Source: Macrostomum hystrix
Lineage: Eukaryota; Animalia; Platyhelminthes
Assembly (NCBI GenBank): GCA_950097015.1
Contig: CATNEN010000005.1
Span: 1,364,001 to 1,428,000 of the forward strand
Length of the DNA: 64,000 nt
Direction of reading: 5' to 3'
The stretch's first letter is position 1. Every line of letters begins with the position of its first letter. Below are positions 37,917 to 51,300 of the stretch, piece by piece. A model generated the notes under the pieces. It was not told the DNA's origin. It worked only from the letters and a program-made list of their open reading frames with translations, and did no database searches. The position numbers and the translations under genes are program-made.

Positions 37917-38734
37917 GTAGAGTCATGCGAAACAAAACACACACACAGAGGGACAACCAATCAGAGCGCAGAGAGACGAAATGAGAAAGGACCGCAAAAA
38001 CACACGAAGTCTGCAACATTGAATAACACAGTCAGTTTTAATCGAAATTTATTTTGCATTAATTAGTCTTCCAAAGTTAATTGGGGTGGGGTTTCACCGC
38101 AAAAAATGTATAAATATAGAATTTCTACATGTATCGTATCCAAATGTCTGTATGTAGGCGCTGTTAAGATGGACTTTGAATGTCTATGCACTTTGGACTT
38201 TTATGGACATTGACGTAGCAATAGTAATTTCCTTTACGCATACATGCAGATGTGCCTGTAATTGAAACCTGAATTTCTAATCACAAAACTAACAAGTCAG
38301 GGTTCCTAGTCATATAGCGGGCTTTCATTCTTATAGAACAATATTAATAATGGCTAAAACAAAGCAAGTCTGGATGTTGAATACACACCGAATTTACGAG
38401 AGTACAATTACACTGAACAATGAAATGTTTGTAACATATGTGTTAATAAAACATGGAGGAAATTATATTTATGTTGGGCTTAAACTGCGACACGAATGTT
38501 GGTACTCTTGGCATAGAGATGTTGACAAGTTTGTAATCTAAAAATAAAATTGTGTTTGAAGTAAAAAATCAGACGAAAACAAGCTGGACAAAAAATCCAC
38601 TATTATGATGAAAAGAGATAGAGATATAGTAGACAGGTCTAGAGATAAATTTGCTTGCAGCAATTTATCGGCTTAATAGATTAATACAGAGACAGAAAAT
38701 AGAAAAAAAGCTAGAGTAATTGAAAGAAACCGCG

Positions 38735-39080
38735 CAGAAGGGAGAGAGGAAAGGAGAGAGAAAGGGAGAGAGGAAGACAGAGATGAAGGGAGAGAGAGGA
38801 AGGGAGAGTGAAGAAGGGAGAGAGAAGAAGGGAGAGAGAGAGGAAAGGAGAGAGAGGAAGGGAGAGAGAAGAAGGGAGAGAGAAGAAGGGAGAGAAAAGA
38901 GACGGGAGAAAGAAGAAGGGAGAGAAAAGACGGGAGAAAGAAGAAGGGAGAGAAAAGACGGGAGAAAGAAGAAGGGAGAGAAAAGACGGGAGAAAGAAGA
39001 AGGGAGAGAAAAGACGGGAGAAAGAAGAAGGGAGAGAGGAAGGATAGAAAGGAGGGAAGAGGAAATGAGAGAAGAAGGGA
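38735..39080. repeat. Purine-rich tandem repeat
   Basis: AGAAGAAGGGAGAGAAAAGACGGGAGA-like units. Confidence 0.8.
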
Positions 39081-39322
39081 AAATGATAGATGTCAAAAAC
39101 TGATAGATGTCAGTCGCTGATTAGAAAAGTAAGGGTAGGCATTCAGTAATCTCTGCCCAGACACCAGCTGTGAACATGACAGAGCATTATAGTTTTGCAC
39201 TGAATAATTGCAAGCTGTTATAAGTTCTCGCGTTTAAAATATATTTAAATGGGAACAAAACATTGTTTAAAAACATTTTCTAGTCGACTAAACAATAGTT
39301 TCACGAACAGTTGGGCAAGTCA

Positions 39323-42300
39323 CTAGAGCGACAGCTCGGGCCACAACGCGTGCCAACGATCGTGCCGCTGGTACGGCTGACGCAGCAGAGCCTCCCAGTG
39401 ACTGCGTCTCTCGCCTTCGCACTCGCTGCCAAGAGTCAGAGCGCCTGCGTCGAGTGACAAATATTGGGAGTGACAGATAAAAAGGGTGACAGTTATTGGG
39501 AATGACAGATATAGGGGGTGACAGATGTTGGGAGTGGCAGTTATTGGGAGTGACAGATATAGGGGATGACAGTTATTGGGAATAACAGATATAGGGGTGA
39601 CAGATGTTGGGAGTGGCAGTTATTGGGAGTGACAGATATAGGGGATGACAGTTATTGGGAGTGACAGATATAGGGGTGACAGTTATTGGGAGTGACAGAT
39701 ATAGGGGTGACAGTTATTGGGAGTGACAGATTTTGGGAGTGGCAGTTATTAGGAGTGACAGATATAGGGGGTGACAGATGTTGGGAGTGGCAGTTATTGG
39801 GAGTGACAGATATAGGGGTGACAGTTATTGGAGTGACAGATATAACGGGTGACAGTTATTGGGAATAACAGATATAGGGGGTGACAGATGTTGGGAGTGG
39901 CAGTTATTGGGAGTGACAGATATAGGGGGTGACAGTTATTGGGAGTGACAGTTATTGGGAGTGACAGATATAGGGGGTGACAGTTATTGGGAGTGACAGT
40001 TATTGGGAGTGACAGATATAGGGGATGACAGTTATTGGGAGTGACAGATTTTAGGAGTGACATATTTTAGGAGTGGCAGTTATTAGGAGTGACAGATATA
40101 GAGGTGACAGATATTGAGAGTGACAGATATTGGGAGTGACAGATATTGGGAGTGACAGACAAGGTGTAAAAGAATGTCGACTGAAATGAAATTTACAACG
40201 TTAAATATATATATAAAGGTGGGAATATTTTTTAAATATGAATTTAGAATTTTTTAATTATATAAGTCACTAAAATTCGTTAATTTTAGTGACATTTAAT
40301 TCACCGCTCACCCATAAAATCATTTTTCGAGCCAAAGTCCTTGTCCCAAACTGTAATCTCTAATATCTTCTCGCTGAGCTCCTGGGGCGAAACGATAAAG
40401 TAGAACTCCTTAAATGAAAATTTTGTGGAGGCGCGGATAAGTGACAGAATCAAATAAAGAGTGACAGAATTGAATATAGAGTGTGACAGAATCAAATAAA
40501 GAGTGACAGAATTGAATAAAGAGTGACAGAATCAAATAAAGAGTGACAGAATTGAATAAAGAGTGTGACAGAATCAAATAAAGAGTGACAGAATCAAATA
40601 AAGAGTGACAGAATTAAATAAAGAGTGACAGAATAGAATAAAGAGTGACAGAATTGAATAAAGAGTGACAGAATTGAATAAAGAGTGACAGAATCAAATA
40701 AAGAGTGACAGAATTGAATAAAGAGTGACAGAATCAAATAAAGAGTGACAGAATTGAATAAAGAGTGAGAGAATCAAATAAAGAGTGACAGAATTGAATA
40801 AAGAGTGACAGAATTGAATAAAGAGTGACAGAATTAAATAAAGAGTGACAGAATTAAATAAAGAGTGACAGAATTGAATAAAGAGTGACAGAATTGAATA
40901 AAGAGTGACAGAATCAAATAAAGAGTGACAGAATTGAATAAAGAGTGACAGAATCAAATAAAGAGTGACAGAATTGAATAAAGAGTGAGAGAATCAAATA
41001 AAGAGTGACAGAATTGAATAAAGAGTGACAGAATTGAATAAAGAGTGAGAGAATTAAATAAAGAGTGACAGAATCAAATAAAGAGTGACAGAATCAAATA
41101 AAGAGTGACAGAATTGAATAAAGAGTGACAGAATTGAATAAAGAGTGACAGAATCAAATAAAGAGTGACAGAATCAAATAAAGAGTGACAGAATTGAATA
41201 AAGAGTGACAGAATTGAATAAAGAGTGTGACAGAATCAAATAAAGAGTGACAGAATCAAATAAAGTGTGACAGAATTGAATAAAGAGTGACAGAATTAAA
41301 TAAAGAGTGACAGAATCAAATAAAGAGTGACAGAATTGAATAAAGAGTGACAGAATCAAATAAAGAGTGACAGAATTGAATAAAGAGTGAGAGAATCAAA
41401 TAAAGAGTGACAGAATTGAATAAAGAGTGACAGAATTGAATAAAGAGTGACAGAATTAAATAAAGAGTGACAGAATCAAATAAAGAGTGACAGAATCAAA
41501 TAAAGAGTGACAGAATTGAATAAAGAGTGACAGAATTGAATAAAGAGTGACAGAATCAAATAAAGAGTGACAGAATCAAATAAAGAGTGACAGAATTGAA
41601 TAAAGAGTGACAGAATCAAATAAAGAGTGACAGAATTGAATAAAGAGTGTGACAGAATCAAATAAAGAGTGACAGAATTAAATAAAGAGTGACAGAATTG
41701 AATAAAGAGTGACAGAATTAAATAAAGAGTGACAGAATCAAATAAAGAGTGACAGAATTGAATAAAGAGTGACAGAATTGAATAAAGAGTGTGACAGAAT
41801 CAAATAAAGAGTGACAGAATCAAATAAAGTGTGACAGAATTGAATAAAGAGTGACAGAATTGAATAAAGAGTGTGACAGAATCAAATAAAGAGTGACAGA
41901 ATCAAATAAAGAGTGACAGAATCAAATAAAGAGTGACAGAATTGAATAAAGAGTGACAGAATCAAATAAAGTGTGACAGAATTGAATAAAGAGTGTGAGA
42001 ATCATATAAAGAGTGACAGAATTGAATAAAATGTGACAGAATTGAAAAAAGAGTGACAGAATTGAATAAAGAGTGACAGAATTGAATAAAGAGTGAGAGA
42101 ATCAAATAAAGAGTGACAGAATTGAATAAAGAGTGACAGAATCAAATAAAGAGTGACAGAATTGAATAAAGAGTGACAGAATTGAATAAAGAGTGTGACA
42201 GAATCAAATAAAGAGTGACAGAATCAAATAAAGTGTGACAGAATTGAATAAAGAGTGACAGAATTAAATAAAGAGTGACAGAATCAAATAAAGAGTGACA

Positions 42301-45300
42301 GAATTGAATAAAGAGTGACAGAATCAAATAAAGAGTGACAGAATTGAATAAAGAGTGAGAGAATCAAATAAAGAGTGACAGAATTGAATAAAGAGTGACA
42401 GAATTGAATAAAGAGTGACAGAATTAAATAAAGAGTGACAGAATCAAATAAAGAGTGACAGAATCAAATAAAGAGTGACAGAATTGAATAAAGAGTGACA
42501 GAATTGAATAAAGAGTGACAGAATCAAATAAAGAGTGACAGAATCAAATAAAGAGTGACAGAATTGAATAAAGAGTGACAGAATCAAATAAAGAGTGACA
42601 GAATTGAATAAAGAGTGTGACAGAATCAAATAAAGAGTGACAGAATTAAATAAAGAGTGACAGAATTGAATAAAGAGTGACAGAATTAAATAAAGAGTGA
42701 CAGAATCAAATAAAGAGTGACAGAATTGAATAAAGAGTGACAGAATTGAATAAAGAGTGTGACAGAATCAAATAAAGAGTGACAGAATCAAATAAAGTGT
42801 GACAGAATTGAATAAAGAGTGACAGAATTGAATAAAGAGTGTGACAGAATCAAATAAAGAGTGACAGAATCAAATAAAGAGTGACAGAATCAAATAAAGA
42901 GTGACAGAATTGAATAAAGAGTGACAGAATCAAATAAAGTGTGACAGAATTGAATAAAGAGTGTGAGAATCATATAAAGAGTGACAGAATTGAATAAAAT
43001 GTGACAGAATTGAAAAAAGAGTGACAGAATTGAATAAAGAGTGACAGAATTGAATAAAGAGTGAGAGAATCAAATAAAGAGTGACAGAATTGAATAAAGA
43101 GTGACAGAATCAAATAAAGAGTGACAGAATTAAATAAAGAGTGACAGAATCAAATAAAGAGTGACAGAATTGAATAAAGAGTGACAGAATTGAATAAAGA
43201 GTGACAGAATTGAATAGAGTGTGACAAAATCAAATAAAGAGTGACAGAATCAAATAAAGAGTGACAGAATCAAATAAAGAGTGACAGAATCAAATAAAGA
43301 GTGACAGAATTGAATAAAGAGTGACAGAATTGAATAAAGACTGACAGAATTAATTAAAGAGTGACAGAATTGAATAGAGTGTGAAAGAATCAAATAAAGA
43401 GTGACAGAATCAAATAAAGAGTGAGAGAATCAAATAAAGAGTGAGAGAATCAAATAAAGAGTGACAGAATCAAATAAAGAGTGACAGAATTAAATAAAGA
43501 GTGACAGAATTGAATAAAGAGTGGCAGAATTGAATAAAGAGTGAGAGAGTCAAATAAAGAGTGACAGAATCAAATAAAGAGTGAGAGAATCAAATAAAGA
43601 GTGACAGAATCAAATAAAGAGTGACAGAATTAAATAAAGAGTGGCAGAATTGAATAAAGAGTGAGAGAATCAAATAAAGAGTGAGAGAATCAAATAAAGA
43701 GTGACAGAATCAAATAAAGAGTGAGAGAATCAAATAAAGAGTGACAGAATCAAATAAAGAGTGACAGAATTAAATAAAGAGTGACAGAATTGAATAAAGA
43801 GTGACAGAATTGAATAAAGAGTGACAGAATTAAATAGAGAGTGACAGAATAGAATAAAGAGTGAGAGAATCAAATAAAGAGTGACAGAATTGAATAAAGA
43901 GTGACAGAATCAAATAAAGAGTGACAGAATTGAATAAAGAGTGACAGAATCAAATAAAGAGTGACAGAATTGAATAAAGAGTGAGAGAATCAAATAAAGA
44001 GTGACAGAATTGAATAAAGAGTGACAGAATTGAATAAAGAGTGACAGAATTAAATAAAGAGTGACAGAATCAAATAAAGAGTGACAGAATCAAATAAAGA
44101 GTGACAGAATTGAATAAAGAGTGACAGAATTGAATAAAGAGTGACAGAATCAAATAAAGAGTGACAGAATCAAATAAAGAGTGACAGAATTGAATAAAGA
44201 GTGACAGAATTGAATAAAGAGTGTGACAGAATCAAATAAAGAGTGACAGAATCAAATAAAGTGTGACAGAATTGAATAAAGAGTGACAGAATTAAATAAA
44301 GAGTGACAGAATTGAATAGAGTGTGAAAGAATCAAATAAAGAGTGACAGAATCAAATAAAGAGTGAGAGAATCAAATAAAGAGTGAGAGAATCAAATAAA
44401 GAGTGACAGAATCAAATAAAGAGTGACAGAATTAAATAAAGAGTGACAGAATTGAATAAAGAGTGACAGAATTGAATAAAGAGTGACAGAATCAAATAAA
44501 GAGTGACAGAATCAAATAAAGAGTGACAGAATTGAATAAAGAGTGACAGAATCAAATAAAGAGTGACAGAATTAAATAAAGAGTGACAGAATCAAATAAA
44601 GAGTGACAGAATCAAATAAAGAGTGACAGAATTAAATAAAGAGTGACAGAATTGAATAAAGAGTAAAAGAATTGAACAAAGATTGACATAATAAAAGCCA
44701 TAGTGTCGATAAAGGCTGACGGATTGGGAGCTAGAGAACAGTGTCAGAAAAGATCTCGACCTCTTCAAAATCCGGATTTAACGTGCGTCTTTTAACCTCC
44801 GTTTTGAACTTTTTCGGCGTTCCATCGTCCGGTCGAAGTCGACTGAAATAAAATTTCACAAAACACGTGTTTTATAACAAACATTCTCAAAATAACTCAA
44901 TAACTAAACTCAATAGAACCTCACAGCTTAACGAACGGATCACTGTATCCATTGGGATCCATCGCAATGAGATTAACGCATTGAATAATCCTCACAGCCA
45001 GCTCAGTTTTGGCTGGTGCATAGTACAGGCCGATGAGGATTTTTCCACGATCATCTTCTTCTTGTTTTAGTGACCGGTCGAGATCCTGTAGGTTTGAAGA
45101 ATTCCATATTGTTTGTTTGGTTGTCTTCAGAATGGGATTCTTTCGTAGAATGATTTTAAACGGTTTCAAAATTGACTTTGTCAATTTTTACTATTATGAT
45201 CGTTTCTAAGAATGAGATACGATTATTTCAAAATAATTTTTTTTTGCTTTCTAAGAAAGGATTTTGCATCGCTTCTAAGAAAAGGGGTTGTTTTGAATTC

Positions 45301-48300
45301 GTGGCAAGAATGGTGATGATAGTTTGTAAATTTGTAATTTATATTTGCGATGACAGAATTGGGCAGGATCTAACTTAGCCTTCTCAAAATCGAAAATGGG
45401 ATAATTTCTTTAAAGAAAGATTATATAGTCTTTATAGGTAGTTCTTACTAATTCTTATGGTGTACGGCATGGAATTGTAATTATAAGATGTGTAAGACAG
45501 GTACTATTTTGAACAGACAGGGTGTTGCAAATGCTTAGATTAACCTAGATTTTAGTAAAGTCGTCAGAATATTAAATTAAGTACCTTTGCACATAATAGA
45601 TTCTGCTATATGTTACAAAAGCATATTAGGAAAAAGATAGTATTTTACGAGTATGAGCAAAATAATACTAGACGAGGCTGAGAAAGAATCCGATACAATG
45701 TTCCAACTCTCTTTGATGTATCAATCGGGAAAATTAGTTCCAGAAATGCGACAACGTGTGAGTCGGAATGAAATTGCTTATCTTTAATAACTCACAAAGT
45801 TTTTTGGCTGCAAAAACACTTGGGAATATTCCTTCTTGCTAGTCCGTAGAAGCTGGCTCAGCGGGTAGAGAATCTCGCCCATCCAGTCGAAACCGATCGT
45901 GTCCTCGTCCAGAACTGAAATCCTGATTTTTTAGGGGGGGGGGCATCTCGTTGACGACTGAATTTTGAGTTTCTGAGATCAAATCTTTTGCTGCACGCAT
46001 TATATCTTTCAGGCTATTTGAACTTTTTTAATGTCGTGCATAAGCTACTTGGCTGACGCCTGGCAAGACTAAAGTTTCTGGCGGGCTTCAGGCAAATTAT
46101 ATTCGATCTGTGGAAACTCGTGTCTAGTTTTTCAATCAATTTTTGTCAGTAAAAAATAAAACTCGAATAAGCACGTACTTGTTTCGAACTCTAATTCTTG
46201 CTGTCTATTGCCTTTTTACCTATCCTGCAATTATTCACCTAACACCGACGTTCTCACCTCGTTATCCATAATGCACAAAACACCAAAAAAATTCCTTCCC
46301 CCTTTGTACACCTTTGGACACCCCCCACGCCAAACCTGATTCAGAGGAGTTTCTAAAAATAGAATTACAGCGAGCATTTCGTCCGCCCTCTCGGCACCCA
46401 CCTCACGCCCCACACATTCTATTGTAGATTTTCTAAAAGTAGAACCACGCCGAGTATATCCTCTTTTATTCTTAACTGATCCTCGAAAGGACATCGAGTA
46501 TGTATTCGATATGAATTATCGAAAAACTCGAATAGGAATAAAGATTGCTGGGGCTTCGATTATATATAGCTACATCAAAAGCTAGGAAATTAACTTAAAC
46601 CTGAGCATTTTGGAGTCAATATCAGCTTTCGTAACGCCGCTGTAGCAGAACTCCTCGTCCCATAAGGGATTCAACGTGCGGTGGCAGGTGCGAGAGCGCA
46701 TCTTTGTTCGCTTCCCAGTGTCCGGCAGCAGGTGCATCTTCACGTACGGATCGGAGAGGCCGTTGTGATCGTGAGCTCTCAGATTGTCACCCTTAATGAT
46801 GCGAATATATAGGGCCGCTTTGCCAGGAATGTACTGCAGCACAAAGTGCAACGTGCCCAGGCCCCGGTCTTCAAAGTAAGCGGCTGGGCTGGATGTTTCA
46901 TACTGCTGCTGCTGCAAGCCAGTCGGGCCTTGTACAGCTGGACTTCGCTCGGGTGTAGCGGTTGCTTTTGGAAGGAGCAAGGAGGGGTTTAAAGTAACGA
47001 TACAAAGCAGCAGGTTCAATTATATATTTCTTAGATGAACCCTTACCTCCGTATTTGACGCTTGCTTTCGCTCCTGCAGACAATCCATTGCTCTCGCTAT
47101 CATGCTTGGCGTCTGCAATGAAAAAAGTCGTGATGAAACTGATTTGTAATTTGTTATGCGAAATCGCTTTCGATTATAATTTTAATTTTTTATCTAACGA
47201 GCGCAGTGATCAGAGGGTGGAGGACAACGACCTCGATTCTAAAAATAGAATTTTTATTTCTGTGTATTCCTGCAAACACCCACCTCACGCCAAGATCTTA
47301 AAAATAGAATTCTCTCCAGTCTTCCTGTTGAAAGCCACCTCACGCCACGTTTCTAAAAATAGAATTCTTTTTCCACGCTTCATTCCTATACCTTCTTAGG
47401 CTTTCTTAACTATAAAAGTGTACCACTTCAATGTATTTGAAACGTAAATCGATGCAATGCGACGCGACGCAATTACGAGCGTAACCTTTCAACGGCACAC
47501 TGTCTTTAGCGTCGCCGCGGCCTCCAGCGACATCTTCATCCGCCTCTGAGTCTTCGTTTTCGTGCAAGGCGTCGCCGCTTTTGCTGGCGTGGCTGCGCCT
47601 TCGGCCAGGCAGAGCTTCGGGACAGCAGCAGAGAAGGTTGCGCAGGGAATTCATGCGGGAGAGTCTCGTTATTAGCTTGTTATAGTGCAAACTGACTTCG
47701 CAGCAGCCGCGTTTTTTATGAGCTAGCTGAGCTAGTCTGATATTTGAGGCTAACTATGCCCTGTTGTAGCATCAAGGCTATTATGTGGATGGATTTCTAT
47801 AACCATCTTTATGGGAACTGCTTAACACAGGCGGTCCTATAGCAGGCTTGGGAGCCCCAACCCGCACTGTCGTGTGTCCATTCAGCTGAAGCCAATCGTA
47901 GAGGCCATTGCGACTGCCAACCCCCTCCCAAACAGCCATCCCAATGGAAGTTTTCAGTTTCACCCCCAGCATTCACAATCATTTATTTGTCGTTTTCCCA
48001 ATCTATATAGAGATTACTGTGCGATAATGCTGGTTTAAATGCGCCCATTCGTGTAGCTAGCACTGACAATTGGGATCAGGGTCACGGGCCGGGATAGAAA
48101 TATTTGTTTAAACTGACACACACACACACACACACAGCTCTTCCTCTTCTCAGTCCACAGTTTCCCAGGTTAATCAAACCCGGTCCACTTCACGAATGAG
48201 CTCTCAGTTGAGCTTTTTTTATCTATCCGAGGTTTATTGTATTTTTCTTGGCCTATTTTGGGTGTACTATTGAGCTGGGGAGGGAGAATGAGTCGAAAGA

Positions 48301-51300
48301 TTCGTGGAAAAATATTCCCAGATAATCCCATTTTGTGGGATTTAAGCAGGTGTGCTCGAAAAGCAGGAAGCCATCATTCTCAAGGTCTAGCGAGTGTTTC
48401 CTGTTCACAGATGCAGTGGTTTAGATCCAAACCAAATGCTTGAATCTAGCTATTCAGAATGCTTACCAAATCATGACCTAATAAAAATTGCTTACTTCAC
48501 TCACTCCTTCACTCACTCACTCACTCACTCACTCACTCACTCACTCACTCACTCACTCACTCACTCACTCACTCACTCACTCATTCACTCACTCACTCAT
48601 TCACTCACTCACTCACTCACTCACTCACTCACTCACTCACTCACTCACTCACTCACTCATTCACTCACTCACTCACTCACTCACTCACTCACTCACTCAC
48701 TCACTCACTCACTCACTCACTCACTCATTCACTCACTCACTCACTCACTCACTCACTCACTCACTCACTCACTCACTCACTCACTCACTCACTCACTCAC
48801 TCACTCACTCACTCACTCACTCACTCACTCACTCACTCACTCACCTACTAACTTACTTACTTACATACGTAGATATTTACTGAACTTACTACTTATTCAC
48901 TTACCTTAACATTAGTTTTTGTTGTCGATTTTAGCATTTTTAGCCAAAAATTAACGGCGTTAGACATAAATTTTTTTTCTAGAAAATACACATTACGAGC
49001 TCGTATCTAAGCTCGTAAAGTTTTATTTGAACAGATTTTGCAACCCACCCCAATTATGAAGACTGTCTCATGCTGCGTTTATTCTTTGGTCTTCATTAGA
49101 AACGTTGCAAAGGCTAGGCTAATCTAACAGTATACAGCAGATAAGTATTCACCGCCATTGTGCAACTGAGTTAGTCTAGTGCAATAAAAAATGCGCATGA
49201 GCACAGAAGGTAGATAAATGGTAAGTGGAAAACTCAGCCCAGTTTTTCCCATGAGAGTTATTGCCCCGACTGACTACCGCCATCGAAAAAGTACACAGTA
49301 AAGATGGCAATTATGGCGCGTAGTCTTGTGGTGAATTCTTTGCTGTACTTTTCTTATAATTAGCCGAACTCGTAGCAATTAGAGTCACTTTTACTCGTAG
49401 AATCGTAGCAAGGTTCGAAGATACAGTCAAGAAAGTTTCAAAGCATGAGCTACGAGTGTTTATCGGGCATGTTTTGATATATCGTTTTTCGATAACTTTA
49501 AAAAATGGTGACTAACATCATCTCTGCTTACTGCAAGTAGTGCAATTTGGCTTTCGACGATAAGTTATTATAGAAATGCAATCCAACGAACCTGAATAAG
49601 TAGTACGAGGATCCGTTTCAGCGTCCGTTTCAGATTCGGTGTCAACTCTGTCCTCATCTTCATCAGTGGAATCTCTTGCGTATGGCAACCGATTGTAGAA
49701 CCATCCTCCAGACTTTTTCCAAAGCTGAAATGTTTTATTTTGTGTTTTACTTGTTTAGACTGCACTAGGCGTATTGCAGGTTGCTGACTTTAGTATTACT
49801 CCCCTTTACTATCTCTAACGATAAGAGGATTAAAAAAATATTACTTCGAGGACTTCGCCGGTAAAAAAAGGCTGCTTATTTTAGTGAGCTAGCAGATTAG
49901 CCAGCCTAATCCTTCGATTGAGATATTTTAAAAAGGAATAATTCCTCAACACTACGTGCATATAGCTAAGTAAAGAGGCAAGCTATATCAACGTTGCTAC
50001 TAAATTTACTATCAGGACACTTCACTGCGGTGCAGAATACTGCATGTTTCTAAAAATAGATACACACAACCCCACCCCATAGTTTTCTACCCCCACGACG
50101 CCCACCTCACTTCCCTAGTCCTTCAGTGTTTCTAAAAATAGCTATTTGTGGTGTATTTTTTATCTTTCGCATTTTTTATCCTTTGAGGCAACCAACGACG
50201 CATCAGACTAAAAAACATCGCGTCTATCATATTCAGTACCTGAAGTTCCTTATGGCAGATTTTACATTCCCAGTCGTCATCTGATTTTGTATTTAAATAA
50301 CTAGCCAGTGAACTAGTCGCTTCATTGCTTCGAAGTTGCTGCCGATAATGTGGTCTAGTTCCGCATTTTTTACAAGTTGCCTGTCGTGGACAAGTTGATC
50401 AAATGACTTTCATGTATACCTTTTTAGTGTCTTCATGCACGAGGAGTTTCGTAAGGCGTACTCACCAGTCCACAGATGCGACACGCCATGCTGCAGTTGT
50501 TTTTTCCTATCAGGTTCTTCAGCGATCGTAGCAACAAACCGGTGGTTAATCTGTCGCCGCAAAGAAGGCAAAATTGTCGACCATCTCCAATAGCCATTGA
50601 TTTCAAAGCGTTTAACTTTGAAATATAGTGCCTTTGATGGTAATAGTTTATAAATGAGGCATGATTGGGACAGTAAATTAGGTAAGAGCAAAAGGAAACG
50701 ATGCGGGAGGGGGAAATTAGAAGAGAGGATGAACGGGGAAAGAGGAAGTGAGATAAAAGAAGAAGACAAATGAGACTAAATAAATAAGGGAGACGAGGGA
50801 AGAGGGAGATGAGAGAGATGAGGGAGATGAGGGAGAGAAAGAAAGGGAAGGAGAGGAAGTAGAGGAGGGAGAGGAGGGAGATCAGGGAGAGGAAGTAGAG
50901 AAGGGAGAGGAGGGAGATCAGGGAGAGGAAGTAGAGGAGGGAGAGGAGGGAGATCAGGGAGAGGAAGTAGAGGAGGGAGAGGAGGGAGATCAGGGAGAGG
51001 AAGTAGAGGAGGGAGAGGAGGGTGATCAGGGAGAGGAAGTAGAGGAGGGAGAGGAGGGAGATCAGGGAGAGGAAGTAGAGGAGGGAGAGGAGGGTGATCA
51101 GGGAGAGGAAGTAGAGGAGGGAGAGGAGGGAGATCAGGGAGAGGAAGTAGAGGAGGGAGAGGAGGGAGATCAGGGAGAGGAAGTAGAGGAGGGAGAGGAG
51201 GGAGATCAGGGAGAGGAAGTAGAGGAGGGAGAGGAGGGAGATCAGGGAGAGGAAGTAGAGGAGGGAGAGGAGGGAGATCAGGGAGAGGAAGGAGAGGAGG

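Noticed and set aside
39323-47690. Calling the C2A/C2B gene a Doc2 ortholog
   Set aside because: Five upstream exons (57109-49592) encode the rabphilin Rab-binding and zinc domain with SGxWFY, so the locus is rabphilin. Only an isoform would be Doc2-like.
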